DNA of 64,000 nucleotides from Octopus sinensis (lineage: Eukaryota): assembly GCF_006345805.1 (NCBI RefSeq), contig NC_042997.1, positions 31,930,001 to 31,994,000 of the forward strand, read 5' to 3'. Below, piece by piece: positions 1 through 14,166 of the stretch. Under the pieces are notes generated by a model. It did no database searches, had not been told where the DNA came from, and saw only the letters and a program-made list of their open reading frames with translations. Made by a program: the position numbers and the translations under genes. How positions within the stretch are numbered: position 1 is the first letter of the stretch; each line of letters begins with the position of its first letter.

Positions 1-3000
1 AACACACTGCTACCTATACTGGACGTCTACTACTCATTAGACACACCATTTCCACTATGCCCACCAGACAAGCTTCTGTGATTTCTCTTACCAAGTTTCA
101 TTCAATGCTTTTAGTTGGCCTGTTATGGTTGAGACACTTGTCCAAGGTGTCATGCAGTGATATTGAACCTAGAACCATGCAGTTGTGAGCCAAACTTAAC
201 TATACAACAATGCCTGATTAGATACTGTAAATTTTTTATCCTACAATCATTTTATTGTTGAAATGGGTGGGTTGGTTGGGTATAGCTTTTAGCATATCTA
301 CTTCTCAAACTCCTTTGTCTCATCTCTGGGGGCCAATATTTCAAGACCAGTAGTTGCCCAAGCATACCACTCTCCCCTCTCTATGCCACCGATGTTATCC
401 AACAGAAAGGCAAAGGTCAATACAGCTTGGCACCAGTGACATCGCAACTCATTTCTACAAATGAGTGAACTGGAGCAACGTGAAATAAAGTGTCTTGCTC
501 AAGAGCACAACACACAACCCAGTCCAGGAATGAAATTCCCTACCTCATGATTGTGAACCCCATACTTTAACCACTGAGCCATTTGCCTTCACTCACTGCC
601 CATTTTGCATGTCCATACCAATGCAAATCTTTCATATATATATAATTTGGCTTGGATTCTACAGCTGGATACTCTTCCTAACACCATATTGTTAACTCCA
701 GGTCAGCCTTTCTCAAGGAGGCATATGATTGAAAGTATAGCAACCATGACCAGTCCAGCATCTAATTATCTAGTATGGTGTGATTTGCATGTATTGTTTT
801 GAAAGATGGCTGCATTTCCTACTTCAACTCTGAAGTTTGTATCAGCCAAACAAATTAAGGTATACAGAGTTACCTTTTTGTGCAGGTGGAGAATGAACAA
901 TGCCATAGATCTACAATATTTGAATATTTTCTAACTTAATAAAGGCTTTTTTCCCCCCTTTTTTTTATGGCTTAGCGCAGTGCCCATATGGTATGGGCAG
1001 TCCCCATACTCTGGACCTCTACAGAAGTCTGTTGTAAGGATAGGAGCTCTCTTGTTGGTTACAATGACAAGGGTCCCAGCTGATACGATCAACAGAACAG
1101 CTTGTGAAATTAATGTGCAAGTGGCTGAGCACTCCACAGACACACGTACCCCTTTACATATGGAGCCCATAAGTGAGCAAATTACATAGAAAGCTCTCCC
1201 AAGAGTGGAGATAACTAAATTGATATAAGCATCCAACCCATACCAGCATGGACAACAAACATTAAATGATGATGATGATGATGATAATTGAGCTACTAGT
1301 GCTTGGTTTGAACTCACATGTATTACTGGTGTTTTGTTGTCTTTCTGAATAGAAAAAATTTGTTTATTTACTTTAAGTTTACTTAACTATTGTTGGCAAT
1401 CGGCGCCAAGACTTAATGGAAGAGTTATCTTCCAGAAACTAACTAGGTAACAAGTTAGCTAATTCATTAGAGGGTTAAATGACTTGCTGTATTCGTCCTG
1501 GTTCTCTGCTTTGTAAGTTCAAATCCTGTCAATGTCAGGGGCTATAAAATAAAGGATCTAGTCTTGTGCTGTAAATTGGTCAAATTATTCACATATGGTA
1601 TCTGTTCTGGCCCTTTGCATTTTGGGGTTTTGAATAACAAATTTAATTCATCACCCAGTTAAGCAGCAACATTTGGTCTTTGCTCTGCCTTCAGCAAAGT
1701 TCACTCTTGTAAGCATTTGAGCTAGATCTCAGATTTGAGGATAGCTTCCTTCTTCCCATTATAAATCAGAGGCCCTGAAGAACAAAAATCAGGTCATTGA
1801 TGATACCCTTTTCTTTCTAAGTGATAAAAAAGAAGTCCTAAGTCAACGCAATAAGTTATACAGCACAAAGTAACCTCCCCATCAATTACAAACAGCCTAT
1901 AAACCTAGTACACTTGATATGCCATGCTTTAGTTTGTACTACTATCATGCTGTTGATTATTCTTACATAGACTACTTAACAGCTTGTGGATCACAGTACA
2001 GCTGTAAGAGATTACATCTGTGTTGCAATCTAGACTGTCATAATGCTTCAAGGCTGTTGATGTGACTGCAGAATTTTTTTTTAATCTATGGTTTAGGCAT
2101 GAAAGGGAGGATACTTTTTTTTTTCTTTATGTCTCAGTGCTCCTCTCTCTCTTCAGTTGAAGGATACTGTATGTATCAGAAGTGATACCATTGCATACAG
2201 GATTAAAAATCAAAGCCATATAATTGGAGTACATATAACATGTACATAGCTTCTTTCAAATTCTCAGTCCTGTTGTGCGACACCTTGGGTAATGTGTCCT
2301 CCATAGCCCTGGAGTGGACTGGAGTAATATGAAATAAAGTGTCTTGCTCAGGGACACAGCGCGTCACCAGGAATTGAACTCACAACCTCCGTAACTGTAG
2401 AAAGAGATCACAATTTGTGGGTCTGGTCTGAATGTTTGCAACAGAGTGAACTCTGTTTAAAGTACCTTAGTACCTGTTTAAAGTACCTCAGTGCCAACTG
2501 ATTATTGCACACTGGAAATTAACCTGGAACCATATGACTTCACTTGCATTTGCTCGGCCTTCACTAGTGTCACTGTCTGCAAGCAGTGTCCATTTCCAAT
2601 TTTGTATGCAAACATGTCTGGTCATGAGGAAGTAACTCACTTGGAAATGGGAGGAGGTTGGTGACAGGGACAGCATCTAAAAAAAACATGCCTCAACAAA
2701 TTCTATCCAACCCAAGTGTGCAAGAAAACGATGTTTTATTATGATGATTATGTGTGTGTCTGGCTGTTGTCCGTGCAACATCGATATTCCTCCCTGTGTT
2801 TGTGTAATCTTATATCCCTGCCATAAGGCTTCATTTCCACACACGCCAGCCTAATTTAATTTGTCCTTAGTCGAAAGACACCTGTTATGTCCTGTTATTA
2901 TTTTCATTATATTTGTGTAACGTCTGTTTTTTTTCCATCCTTGTTTTTGTATACATTCGCTGCTTTCTTCCAAGGAATCTAATGCTCTTAGCTCAGTTTT

Positions 3001-3340
3001 TCCTTGGAGCTGGCCAGATTGGAGCAATCTCGAGTATAATCAGCCAAAATTGCAAAGATGATATGGTACTTGACTGAGGAAAGAAAACTTCAAATGACCC
3101 GTCCTTGTTTTCTTTGTATCGTCTATCTGGATGTTTTGTCCCATTTTTGTATGACCTAACTGTCCGGATGTTTTGCGTTCTTGTCTCATTTTGTATTATA
3201 TATATATATATATATCATCATCATCCTCATTTAGCGTCTGTTTTCCATGCTAGCATGGGTTGGACGGTTCAACTGGGGTCTGTGAAGCCAGAAGGCTGCA
3301 TCAGGCCCAGTCTGATCTGGCAGATGCAGCCTTCTGGCTT

Positions 3341-3390
<50 letters not shown>

Positions 3391-6071
3391 ATCAATAAAA
3401 GAACTAAGAAAATCTTGGCTGCAGGAAAATGTGCGTGTGTATGTATATTGCAGTGCCATGCATTAGTTTATATATCATTCCCAATAGATCTTAGTAATAT
3501 GTGTTAAGGGAATTCTGCAAATGCCCATTGAGGTTAATGTGCTCGAGTACTAAGACAAGCAATAAGTTCAGATATTACTGTAGCTATGGTGTTGTGCCCC
3601 TGAGTAAGATATGTAATTTTGTTTGCTCCAATTTGTCTGTTTAAAGCCTAGTCCATTCCAATTCCCAATTGAATGCTTAGCATTGGGAATATTTTCAGTT
3701 GTGAAATAATTGCTCCATTTTAAGCAGGGAAAACAAATATGTTGCAGTGAGTGACTCAAAATTGAACTACTAGGTAGCCAGTCGTTTATCACGATCAATC
3801 CAGAGTAGTTTCACATGATTGGAAGCCACCAATCAGTGTCAACTCATTAGCCAATTCCATCTTCCAGAATCTTCTCCTTGTGGCTTTTAAAAAGCGGTTT
3901 TTGGTGGTAATTTCAGAATTTTCACATAGCTGCATTTTGTGTCACTATTCTTGCCACACTCAGTAAGATAAGAAAGCTGACCTATAATAAACAGAAATTC
4001 TGTCACCATGAATATTATGCAAATATTCTTCAATTGGGATGGGCCAGCCACAAATTACTAAATCAGTAAGCTTGTTGTAAACTCCAAATGGGAAGTGACT
4101 TCCAGTATGTAATTATTACTGTAAGCTGCATAAAAAGTGCTGATCTCTGACTGTGGAGGGAACCTGTGGGAGAGGCAAACGCAGGAAGATATAGGACGAG
4201 GTGGTGAAGTATGATCTTCAACCATTGGGCTTCACAGAGGCAGTGAAAAGTGACAGAGATCTTTGGTGATATACCGTGCTTGAGAAGACCTATCAAGCCA
4301 AGTGAAACCGTAGTCATGGCCAATGCTGGTGTAACATAAATGGCACCCCTGCTGGTGACACATAAAAGGCACCTTTCACAGAGGCAATGATAAGTGACCA
4401 AGTCCTCTGGTGATAAGCCATGCTTAACCCATCAAGCCAAGTGAAAGCATAGTTGTGGCTGATGCCAGAGTCACATAACTGGCACCAATGCCAGTGGCAC
4501 ATAAAGAGCACCCAGTACACTCTTGAAGTGGTTGGTGTTAGGAAGGGCATACAGCCATACAAATCATGCCAAATCAGAGTGGAATGTGGTGCAACTCTCC
4601 AGCTTACCAGTTGAGTCAAACCATGTATGCCTTGCCAACAAGGAAAAGCAGATGCTAAATGATGAGGAGGTTGTAAAAGATTGACACAGTTAAACTCTAT
4701 GTGCAATAATAAAATCTTCTGTTAATCATTTGTGGGTGTAGTCAGTTATTTCTTCATGCAACTCAAGAAATACATTTTTCATTCATTCAGCAACTTGGCC
4801 AATCGTCGCCTCAGACCAGCCAACAACAACAACAACATACTAGAACCCATCGTACACGAAAGAAAAAAAGATGTATTGCAAAAGACCATTAAAATATCAA
4901 AAATTATATGAAGTGAAACCAACTTTAGAACTTTCTCATGAAAGGATTATTCTGAAAAATATAATTCATAGCATAATTGTTTTTTCCTTGTTTTTGTATT
5001 ATGCTGCATATAATTTTCTTTAGATAGTTACAGACTTCAGCTATTCCAAGATGCTGTGTGCATCCTCTAGAGCCATCATCTTCCTCATTTTCATATTTGG
5101 CTGTGTGATAAGTTTGCTTCCCAACCACATGGTTCTGGGTTCAGTCCCATTGCATGGAACCTTGGGCAAATGACTTATGCTATAGTAGCTGCAAGCCAAC
5201 CAAAACTTTGTGAGTGAATTTGGTAGACGGAAACTGAAAAAAAGCCTATTATGCGTGTGTGCTTGTCCTCCACCACTGCTTGACAACCAGTGTTGGTTTG
5301 TTTACAACCCCCCATTACTTAGTGGTTCAGCAAAAAGATACCGATAGAATGAGTACTAAGCTTTAACAAAAAAAAGTAGTAGTGCAGTTGATACATAATC
5401 TCTTAGTTTATATATCTAGTCAGCATTTCAAAGATTGATTTGTCTGAAAATCCTTTTTCTTAAATGAAGCCTTACCACAATTTCCAAACATATTCCTCTG
5501 TTTCCATGTACTTAATTCAAAAATACTATGCCTCATTAACATTTGTGTGATTAGCATTATCTGGTTGTAAAACATCCCTCAAATCAGACTCCATCATCTT
5601 CAAAAACAAAGAATACATTGAATATTGCTGTGCAATATACACAGTTTGTAAAAATAAAAAAAAAATAGAGAGAATGGTCATAGTTGGAATGCTTTTTGAT
5701 CATTGGTGTGGTTAATCAGTTTGGACAAGAACTAGTCCCCGGGGAAATGAGATAGATCAAATAAAGTGTACTGTGCAAATACACAAAGAAATGCCTGCAG
5801 AGGAATTGTACTAGCTGGTAGTCTAATACCATATCCATTTAGCAATTTTACTGCTGCATCCATGTTATTTAACTACAACAGACAGTATTTATATATTCTG
5901 CTGCTAGCTGGATTGGACTAGCAACAGTTAAAAGCTTTGCCTGGATCACCAGACTTTGCTGGTGATGAGACATACAAATCCATCGATCTTCTACTGAGTC
6001 AACTAAGCCATTATTGATTCAGTTTATTGCAAGTTTTTGTGTTTTTGTCGCTACGTATATGCACAAATATG

Positions 6072-6552
6072 TACGAGGGAGTGCTGAAAAGTTCCTGGCT
6101 TTGGATAAAAGAAAATACAGGAGGATCAGTTAATTATAGCACCATCCAATCGTGGCCGTTGCCAGCCTCGCCTGGCCCCCGTGCCGGTGACACGTAAAAA
6201 GCACCATCCGATCGTGGCCGTTTGCCAGCCTCGTCTGGCACGTAAAAAGCACCCACTACACTCACGGAGTGGTTGGTGTTAGGAAGGGCATCCAGCCGTA
6301 GAAACATTGCCAGATCAGACTGGGCTTGATGCAGCCTTCTGGCTTCACAGACCCCAGTTGAACCGTCCAACCCATGCTAGCATGGAAAGCAGACGCTAAA
6401 CGATGATGATGATATTCCCCTCTCAGATTCACACACTTATTGCAGCAGTCCTTCAGTTCTTTGAAACCCTGTAAAAGAACTTAGAAGGTTGGGCCTCCAA
6501 CCAGGCTTTCATGGTACCCTTAGAGCCAGGTACTTTTCAGCACCCCCTTGTA
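6072..6552. mobile_element. Tc1/mariner-type MITE with a nested (GAT)n-tailed SINE
   Basis: TA-flanked TIRs cgagggagtgctgaaaagttcctggct ... agccaggtacttttcagcacccccttg. Family-C repeat inserted at ~6135-6413. Confidence 0.75.
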
Positions 6553-7917
6553 TATAACCCACATGTACCCTAAATTCCAAGTGATAATTTGGCTGAATAT
6601 GCAGTGCCGTTGCTTTTTAGTATCTCTGGTATTGAAAAAATACCACTAAAAGTATTGAGGGTCAATTTAAAAATTACCTGTAAAATTCTTAGGTAGATTC
6701 CATCAGCAATGTTTTCTCTCCATTTATAATCAGGAATGATTCTGCTACTCTTGATCTGTGTGCACATGTTGACTTCTTACTTAGACTCAACAGCTTATGA
6801 CTTATAGGTAAGCGTCAGCTGCAATATTGTGACATTCATGCTTTGTCTCAAAGCATTAGCTCTTGACAGGCATTTCTTGCAAGCCAAGCAAATATTTGGA
6901 GGATCCAAAACAAGACAAACCACCCTAGTTTTTTAAAATAAAAATGGATGTGAAGTAAGAAGTTTATTCCCAACCACATGGTTCTGGGTTCAGTCCCATT
7001 GCATGGAACCTTGGGCAAATGACTTATGCTATAGTAGCTGCAAGCCAACCAAAATTTTGTGAGTGAATTTGATAGACGGAAACTGAAAAAAAGCCTATTA
7101 TGCATGTGTGCTTGTCCTCCACCACTGCTTGACAACCAGTGTTGGTTTGTTTACAACCCCCCCATTACTTAGTGGTTCAGCAAAAAGAGACCGATAGAAT
7201 GAGTACTAAGCTTAAAAAAAAAAGTAGTTGTGCAGTTGATACATAATCTCTCACTTTATATATCTAGTCAGCATTTCAAAGATTGATTTGTCTGAAAATC
7301 CTTTTTCTTAAATGAAGCCTTACCACAATTTCTAAACATATTCCTCTGTTTCCATGTACTTACCTCAAAAACACTGTCTCATTAACATTTGTGTGATTAG
7401 CATTATCTGGTTGTAAAACATCCCTCAAATCAGACTCTATCATCTTCAAAAAGAAAGAATACATTGAATATTGCTGTGCAATATACACAGTCTGTAAAAA
7501 TAAAAAAAAATAGAGAATGGTCATAGTTGGAATGTTTTTTGATCATTGGTGTGGTTAATCAGTTTGGACAAGAACTTAGTCCCCAGGGAAATGAGATAGA
7601 TCAAATAAAGTGTACCGTGTAAATACACAAAGAAATGCCTGCAGAGGAATTGTACTAGCTGGTAGTCTAATACCATATCCATTTAGCAATTTTACTGCTG
7701 CATCCATGTTCTTTAACTACAACAGACAGTATTTATATATATTCTGCTGCTAGCTGGATTGGACCAGCAACAGTTAAAAGCTTTGCCTGGATCACCAGAC
7801 TTTGCTGGTGATGAGACATACAAATCCATCGATCTTCTACTGAGTCAACTAAGCCATTATTGATTCAGTTTATTGCAAGTTTTTGTGTTTTTGTCGCTAC
7901 GCATATGCACAAATATA

Positions 7918-8413
7918 TACGAGGGAGGGCTGAAAAGTTCCTGGCTTTGGATAAAAGAAAATACAGGAGGATCAGTTAATTATAGCACCATCCAATCTTG
8001 GCCGTTGCCAGCCTCGCCTGGCCCCCGTGCCGGTGACACGTAAAAAGCACCATCCGATCGTGGCCGTTTGCCAGCCTTGTCTGGCACGTAAAAAGCACCC
8101 ACTACACTCACGGAGTGGTTGGTGTTAGGAAGGGCATCCAGCCATAGAAACATTGCCAGATCTGACTGGGCTTGATGCAGCCTTCTGGCTTCACAGACCC
8201 CAGTTGAACCGTCCAACCCATGCTAGCATGGAAACCGGACGCTAAACGATGATTATGGTGATGATGATGATGATATTCCCCTCTTGGATTCACACACTTA
8301 TTGCAGCAGTCCTTCAGTTCTTTGAAACCCTGTAAAAGAACTTAGAAGGTTGGGCCTCCAACCAGGCTTTCATGGTACCCTTAGAGCCAGGTACTTTTCA
8401 GCACCCCCTTGTA
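7918..8413. mobile_element. Second copy of the mariner-type MITE plus nested SINE (created by the tandem duplication)
   Basis: Same TIRs and same insertion as 6072-6552. Confidence 0.75.
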
Positions 8414-11400
8414 TATAACCCACATGTACCCTAAATTCCAAGTGATAATTTGGCTGAATATGCAGTGCCGTTGCTTTTTAGTATCTCTGGTATTGAAAAA
8501 ATACCACTAAAAGTATTGAGGGTCAATTTAAAAATTACCTGTAAAATTCTTAGGTAGATTCCATCAGCAATGTTTTCTCTCCATTTATAATCAGGAATGA
8601 TTCTGCTACTCTTGATCTGTGTGCACATGTTGACTTCTTACTTAGACTCAACAGCTTATGACTTATAGGTAAGCGTCAGCTGCAATATTGTGACATTCAT
8701 GCTTTGTCTCAAAGCATTAGCTCTTGACAGGCATTTCTTGCAAGCCAAGCAAATATTTGGAGGATCCAAAACAAGACAAACCACCCTAGTTTTTTAAAAT
8801 AAAAATGGATGTGAAGTAAGAAGTTTATTCCCAACCACATGGTTCTAGGTTCTATCCCATTGCATTGCGACTTGGTTCAGTGTCTTCTGCTATAACTCCA
8901 GGCCAACCACAATGTTTTGTGAGTGGATTTGATAGATGGAACCTAAAAGAAACCCCATCATAACATATGTATACATTTGTGTGTGTTTCTGTATTCATTC
9001 CCCATCACTACTTCACAGCCAGTTGCTGGTTTGTTTACATCCCCATAACTTTACAGTTTTGGCTAAAGAGAAATAGAGTAAGTAATGAAGTTGATTTGTT
9101 CAATTAAAACCCTCAAGGCAGTGCCCCAGTATGGCCACAATCCAATGGCTGAAACCAGTAAAAGCTAGACAATGTAGACCTTAATATATGGGATGTGGTG
9201 GAGGAGATCATAATCATGCATGCCTTTGATACCAGCTCTCCTTGATCTGGGTTGCCAACAATTCTTGGAGTTCTCACTTGTGACTACATATATTGATATT
9301 TGCTGGTTATTTGACCTATTGTATGCTGCACTTGATAGTATTTTCTTATGTTGATGTTTTGAGTAATTCAAAAGATTACCATTCAAGTCTTTATCTATGA
9401 AACACTGGTATCAAAGGGTATAATGTAATCTTGCACGCATGAAGAAAATAGGTGACTTATCAAATATTCAAAGGTCAGAATGTGCAATTATCGAGACATT
9501 CAAGCTTTCAAAGAGTTTCAGTTGATATTATATGTGCAAGCATAAGAGACTGAATTGTTGTTTACTTCCATGTCAGCTTTGTTCAAAGAAATTTGTTGCA
9601 TCTAAGCCTACATTATCCAATATATCTTTCCTTTTCTTTGTTTCTCTCTTTTTTTTTTCCAAGCTGGTAGTGAGATTTTATTGCTATTTCTAGCAGTTTA
9701 GTGACCCAAAATAAGTGCTGCACAAATATTTTAAACTCGCTACTTCTAGCAACACTGTCTCAATGTTCCTTTGCTATGTCCTTCACCCATCTAATGTCCT
9801 GTCACGGTACCAATTGAGTTCCAACACTAGTTTAATGCTGTGATTTACTCAAAATTGCTAGTCAAACTATTGAGACGGTTCAAGTTGAGGTTAATGAAAA
9901 TGGATAAATAAATGAATATATTAATAAACAAGCAAACATAAATCCAAAAGTAAAACTTTGGTCAATTTGTATTTTTAGTTTCTTGTAAAGTGTGTGTGTG
10001 TGTGACTCAAAATGCACTAATTTACATAATTCTAAATGAATTTTCTTCTGCCCACTGTGATCTCCCCACACGAAGCAAGCATTATGAAAGTGAAAGCACT
10101 CCAGAGATCAATAACAAGAAAGATAGACAGCATGACCAGTATTGACTACTGGGGTTGACTAAAAAAAAACTCAATCTTTCCTCTCTCCAATACTGCCATG
10201 AGTTCTACATCATTTGTGTGATGTGGGAAATATTCCATCAATATTGTACAAATGATGTTGGCATTAATTTTAAAATCCACCCTAGACTCCACCCCTATGC
10301 CATCTGCCCAAGACTTGGCCCCTGTGCTATTTGCCTGCTATAGAAATCGAATTCAAAATGCATAACAGCTTTACAACACAACTACTTTACCTCAACTGGT
10401 ACAGTTCTCTTTAGTATTATACTAAAATACAGCAAAACGGAAACATATACCCATAAAATTCAGAAATTTTCTGGATAAATTTCTCAAAAAAATCCTGGAC
10501 CAACCTCCTGCACCTGTATGTGTCTCCAGCATTAATATCTCTTTGCTAGAGCAGGCCATGGTGTCCCACATATGACTAAGGTGTGAATCACAATCTAAAA
10601 GGCTTCACCAGGTGTTGCTATTAAGTTATACATGGCCTGGGCCTATACTGGCCAAAACCTAAGTTATCTAACTAAGTTAACTTGTTCTAGTGTCCTATAA
10701 CAGTACTTTAAGGTATACAATATTTTTAGTTAAAGGTTTTTTTCTGTTAAGACCTAAACAAATTTCAGGAGTTAATTGTTGATTATCATCATTGTGAAAA
10801 GAGATGCTCCTATGCAAAATACTAGTTGTCTTGATATAAAGCTGTAGTCTACAACTTGGAACTTATTTTTGTTTTTGTATACTAAGAGGTCCATCCTTCT
10901 TAAGATGATAGTATGAGTTGATTGACAGATTTGACTGCTGTTTCTAACAAATTGGAAACTGCATAGAGGCTCATTACCTGGCTCATTTTAAAGTGCATCA
11001 GATAAATGGTTTAACTGTTAATTTTAGTACATGTTAAGTATGAGTTTTAGTAATTGCTCCTTTTTAGTCTCCCATTGCTTAGAATATTAATCCACAGTTT
11101 AGTTATTGGTGGGCAGGAAAGGAAATACTTTCTGTAAGTGGCATTTACCTAATGTCATGAGAGATAATTACAGATATTTTAGGTCATTTGGATTTCTCGT
11201 GTGCAAGTGAATTGGTGGAATTAGTAGAAACTGTAAACACTTTAGCAAATTAAATGTTATTATGTTATATCTTTGTTGTTCGTTTAAAAACATCTTACAG
11301 TTGACTTTTACCATTTTATCCTACTGAAATCAACCCCAATAAGTACTGGGCATAATTCAGTCAAGTCTAAGTTGGTTGGTGCCAGCTCACTCTGACTGTA

Positions 11401-13185
11401 CAGGAATTCAAGTGTCCAAGCCATGACCACCTCATCTTAGTTCTTTGGGATAATGCATCTAAGACTACTTGATTTGTCTTGTACTCCTCTTTTCTTTTTT
11501 TTTTAATGGTTGAGTATGATTTAAAGAAAATTTGGCTGCTATTTTTAGCAAACCAAGTGAAATCCTTTCACTATATAAACTGTCCTTGTGCATAATCAGA
11601 GGCAATTTGTATTTTACAACAATTTTGGCTTAAATTATTTGATTAAGACCAACTGGAAAATTTTGCCTAGTACTCTATTTTGTTTCTTTTTTATGCTAGC
11701 ATGGGTCAGATGGACCATAATCGTCCAACATACATAGACTTATTATCCTCTTAGACAGATTAGAGGCCACATCTTGAAATGTTCATACGTTTTAGTATTT
11801 TGATATTACTTCTGTCACTTTGCGTTCATCATCATCAAAAATCTATTTTCCATACTGAGATAGAATCCAACAATCTGAAGATTGCATTGTGTCTACTTTA
11901 ACATGCTTTCTGAGCTACGTGCATTATTCTGCGGTACTAGCTCTATTGAAGTTGCTATGCTTGCAAGACTAAGATTCTCTTTGAATTGAACTACAGTTGA
12001 GAGAGGGGTTGCTTTATACTCTGGGATGAGGGGTAAAATGAGAGAGAAGAATCCAGAACATAATAGGTTTTTTTGCTCTGAGGAACACAGCCATTCACAT
12101 TATAGAAGAGAGGTGGGAGCAAGGCCATTTCCCTAAATATACCAGTGTTCTATCTTTTCTACTTATCAAAATGTTAGTCTTTGCTAAGTTTACTTTGTGG
12201 CCCCTTACTTGTAAGTTTAGCTTCCAAGTCTGGAATTTCCTCTAATTACCATTTAGGTTCAGTTATGAGAACTAGATCATTAGCATATAGGAGTTCCATG
12301 GACAGCCACTCTTAAACTTCTCCATGATGGCCTAGAGACTTTGATGAATAAGAGAGCAGTGAGAACTGAACTTTGCTATCTTCTCATCAAATTCATTACT
12401 GAAATCATTGTTGACTCAGATTATGAGTTCAAGTTCCACCATTGTCACTTTTGCTATTCGTCTTTTGTGGTCAATTAAATAAGATACCAGTTATGTACTG
12501 GGATCTATGTAACCAACTAAATCCCTTCTCTTCCCGTTCTCCAAATTCCTGGCTTTGTGTCTGTTAAAAATAATTTTACTCAGTTTGAGCAGAAATGCTG
12601 GTAACTGGAATAAATGTTACAAGATTTAATTACGTTGCTTCGCATTCCAAGAAGAAATGAGGTCAAAAAAAACAAAAAAAGTCAGTGCTTGTTATATACT
12701 GAGGTTAATTGACTCAATTATACTCCCTCTCCCCATCTTCCTGCAAATTTGTGATTTCATACAAACCTATATGGGAATCGCTATCACCTAGTGAGAATGT
12801 TGGTTGATTATATTAAGTTGAGGCACCTCCTGTTTGTTTAGGTGTTTAACACATGCTGCAGTTATCTTCTGATGCCTTACAGCTGTTGGTAACCATAGTT
12901 ACTAGCAAAATCTAATTAATGTAGGGTATCACAAGTGTTATAATTCATCACTAGGTAGTAGCTGTGCTGCAGTTTGTTGACTTGAGTTCAGTTCCTACTG
13001 AAATCGTATGTTGATTAAAAGAAAATAAAAAAAGTTAAGTCTTTTAATCTGCAGTTTGATATTTATTGTATTTTGTTTCCTGTTCAGTTAAAACTACTTT
13101 TAAACCGCCCAATGCACATTGTTTTGTACCTGCTAACAAAGCTACATCACTAATGTCTGAGCTTAGTCTATCAGGCTCTCTGCAG

Positions 13186-13200
13186 GTTCCACCTTCATGG
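13186..13200 (+). CDS. Candidate 15-nt microexon GTTCCACCTTCATGG of flotillin-1
   Basis: Branch-point-like motifs tgctaac (~13130) and cactaat (~13148), acceptor ctctctgcag, donor G|gtgagt. Length is a multiple of 3 and phase 1 matches exon 2, with no stop in that frame. No transcript evidence. Confidence 0.45.
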
Positions 13201-13293
13201 GTGAGTGGTAGCAATAGAAAGTGCATCTGGTTGTATGCTAAAAATGTGTGTAAATAATCTCTGCCCTTACCATCTACAGCAAATCTATGTAAT

Positions 13294-13735
13294 CATCATC
13301 ATCATTTAGCATCCGCTTTCCATGCTATCATGGGTTGGACGGTTCAACTGGGGTCTGGGAAGCCTGAAGGCTGCACCAGGCCCAGTCTGATCTGGCAGTG
13401 TTTCTACGGCTGGATGCCCTTCCTAACGCCAACCACTCTGTGAGTGGAGTGGGTGCTTTTTACATGCCACCGGCACAGGTGCCAGACGGGGCTGGCAAAC
13501 CGCCATGGTTGGATGGTGCGTTTTACGTGCCACCGGCACGGGGGCCAGGCGAGGCTGGCAACGGCCACGATCAGATGGTGCTTTTTACGTGCCACTGGCA
13601 CGGAGGCCAGTCGGGGCGGTGCTGGCAACGGCCACAATCGGATGGTTCGCTTACATGCCATCAGCACTGGTATCACAGCTGCAATTTCCATTGATGTTGA
13701 TCGACTTCGATTTTGGTTCAGATTTCGATGTAATG
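13294..13735 (-). mobile_element. Family C retroelement: (GAT)n-tailed SINE or LINE 3' end with internal ~55-65 nt tandem subrepeats
   Basis: catcatcat...ccgctttccatgcta..gggttggacggttcaactggggtctgggaagc...gtgctttttacgtgccaccggcac; many other copies in the window. Confidence 0.8.
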
Positions 13736-14166
13736 AAGTACAAAATATATAAAAGATTTGTCTTAGTATACTAAGTTGATGCATTACCTTTTGTGATTAG
13801 TTATGTACAATAGGTGAGCTTCTCTGTTTCATGGAGCAAGGATAAAGTTTGATGTTCATACTCTTTTCTAGCTGGTAGTTATAACCAGTAATCAACCTGA
13901 GTTTTGAATTCTCTTATCTGCTTTTGATTGTTGGTTATACTAGAAATGGTAACACACTGAGTAAATTTTTTGGTGGAATTTAGTTCTATCATTTAGAGTT
14001 ATCATTATCTTTTGTCCATTTGTGGATGATGAATTGGCATAAAACTGGGGTCAGTGCAGTTATCTTTCACCCTTCCCTCTACATTTGTGGTGGCCCTCAG
14101 ATTATGCTAAGACAAATAAACCCAGTAATAATTTCTATCTCTTACATTCTATTTCTTTTTTTACAG

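Larger units (their letters stand above)
5118..8846. repeat. Direct tandem duplication of a ~1.85 kb unit (5118-6966 and 6967-8827) with its breakpoint inside SINE copies
   Basis: The two copies align throughout with scattered substitutions and small indels. Offsets of the shared ttcccaaccacatggttct are 1849 and 1861 nt. Confidence 0.92.
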
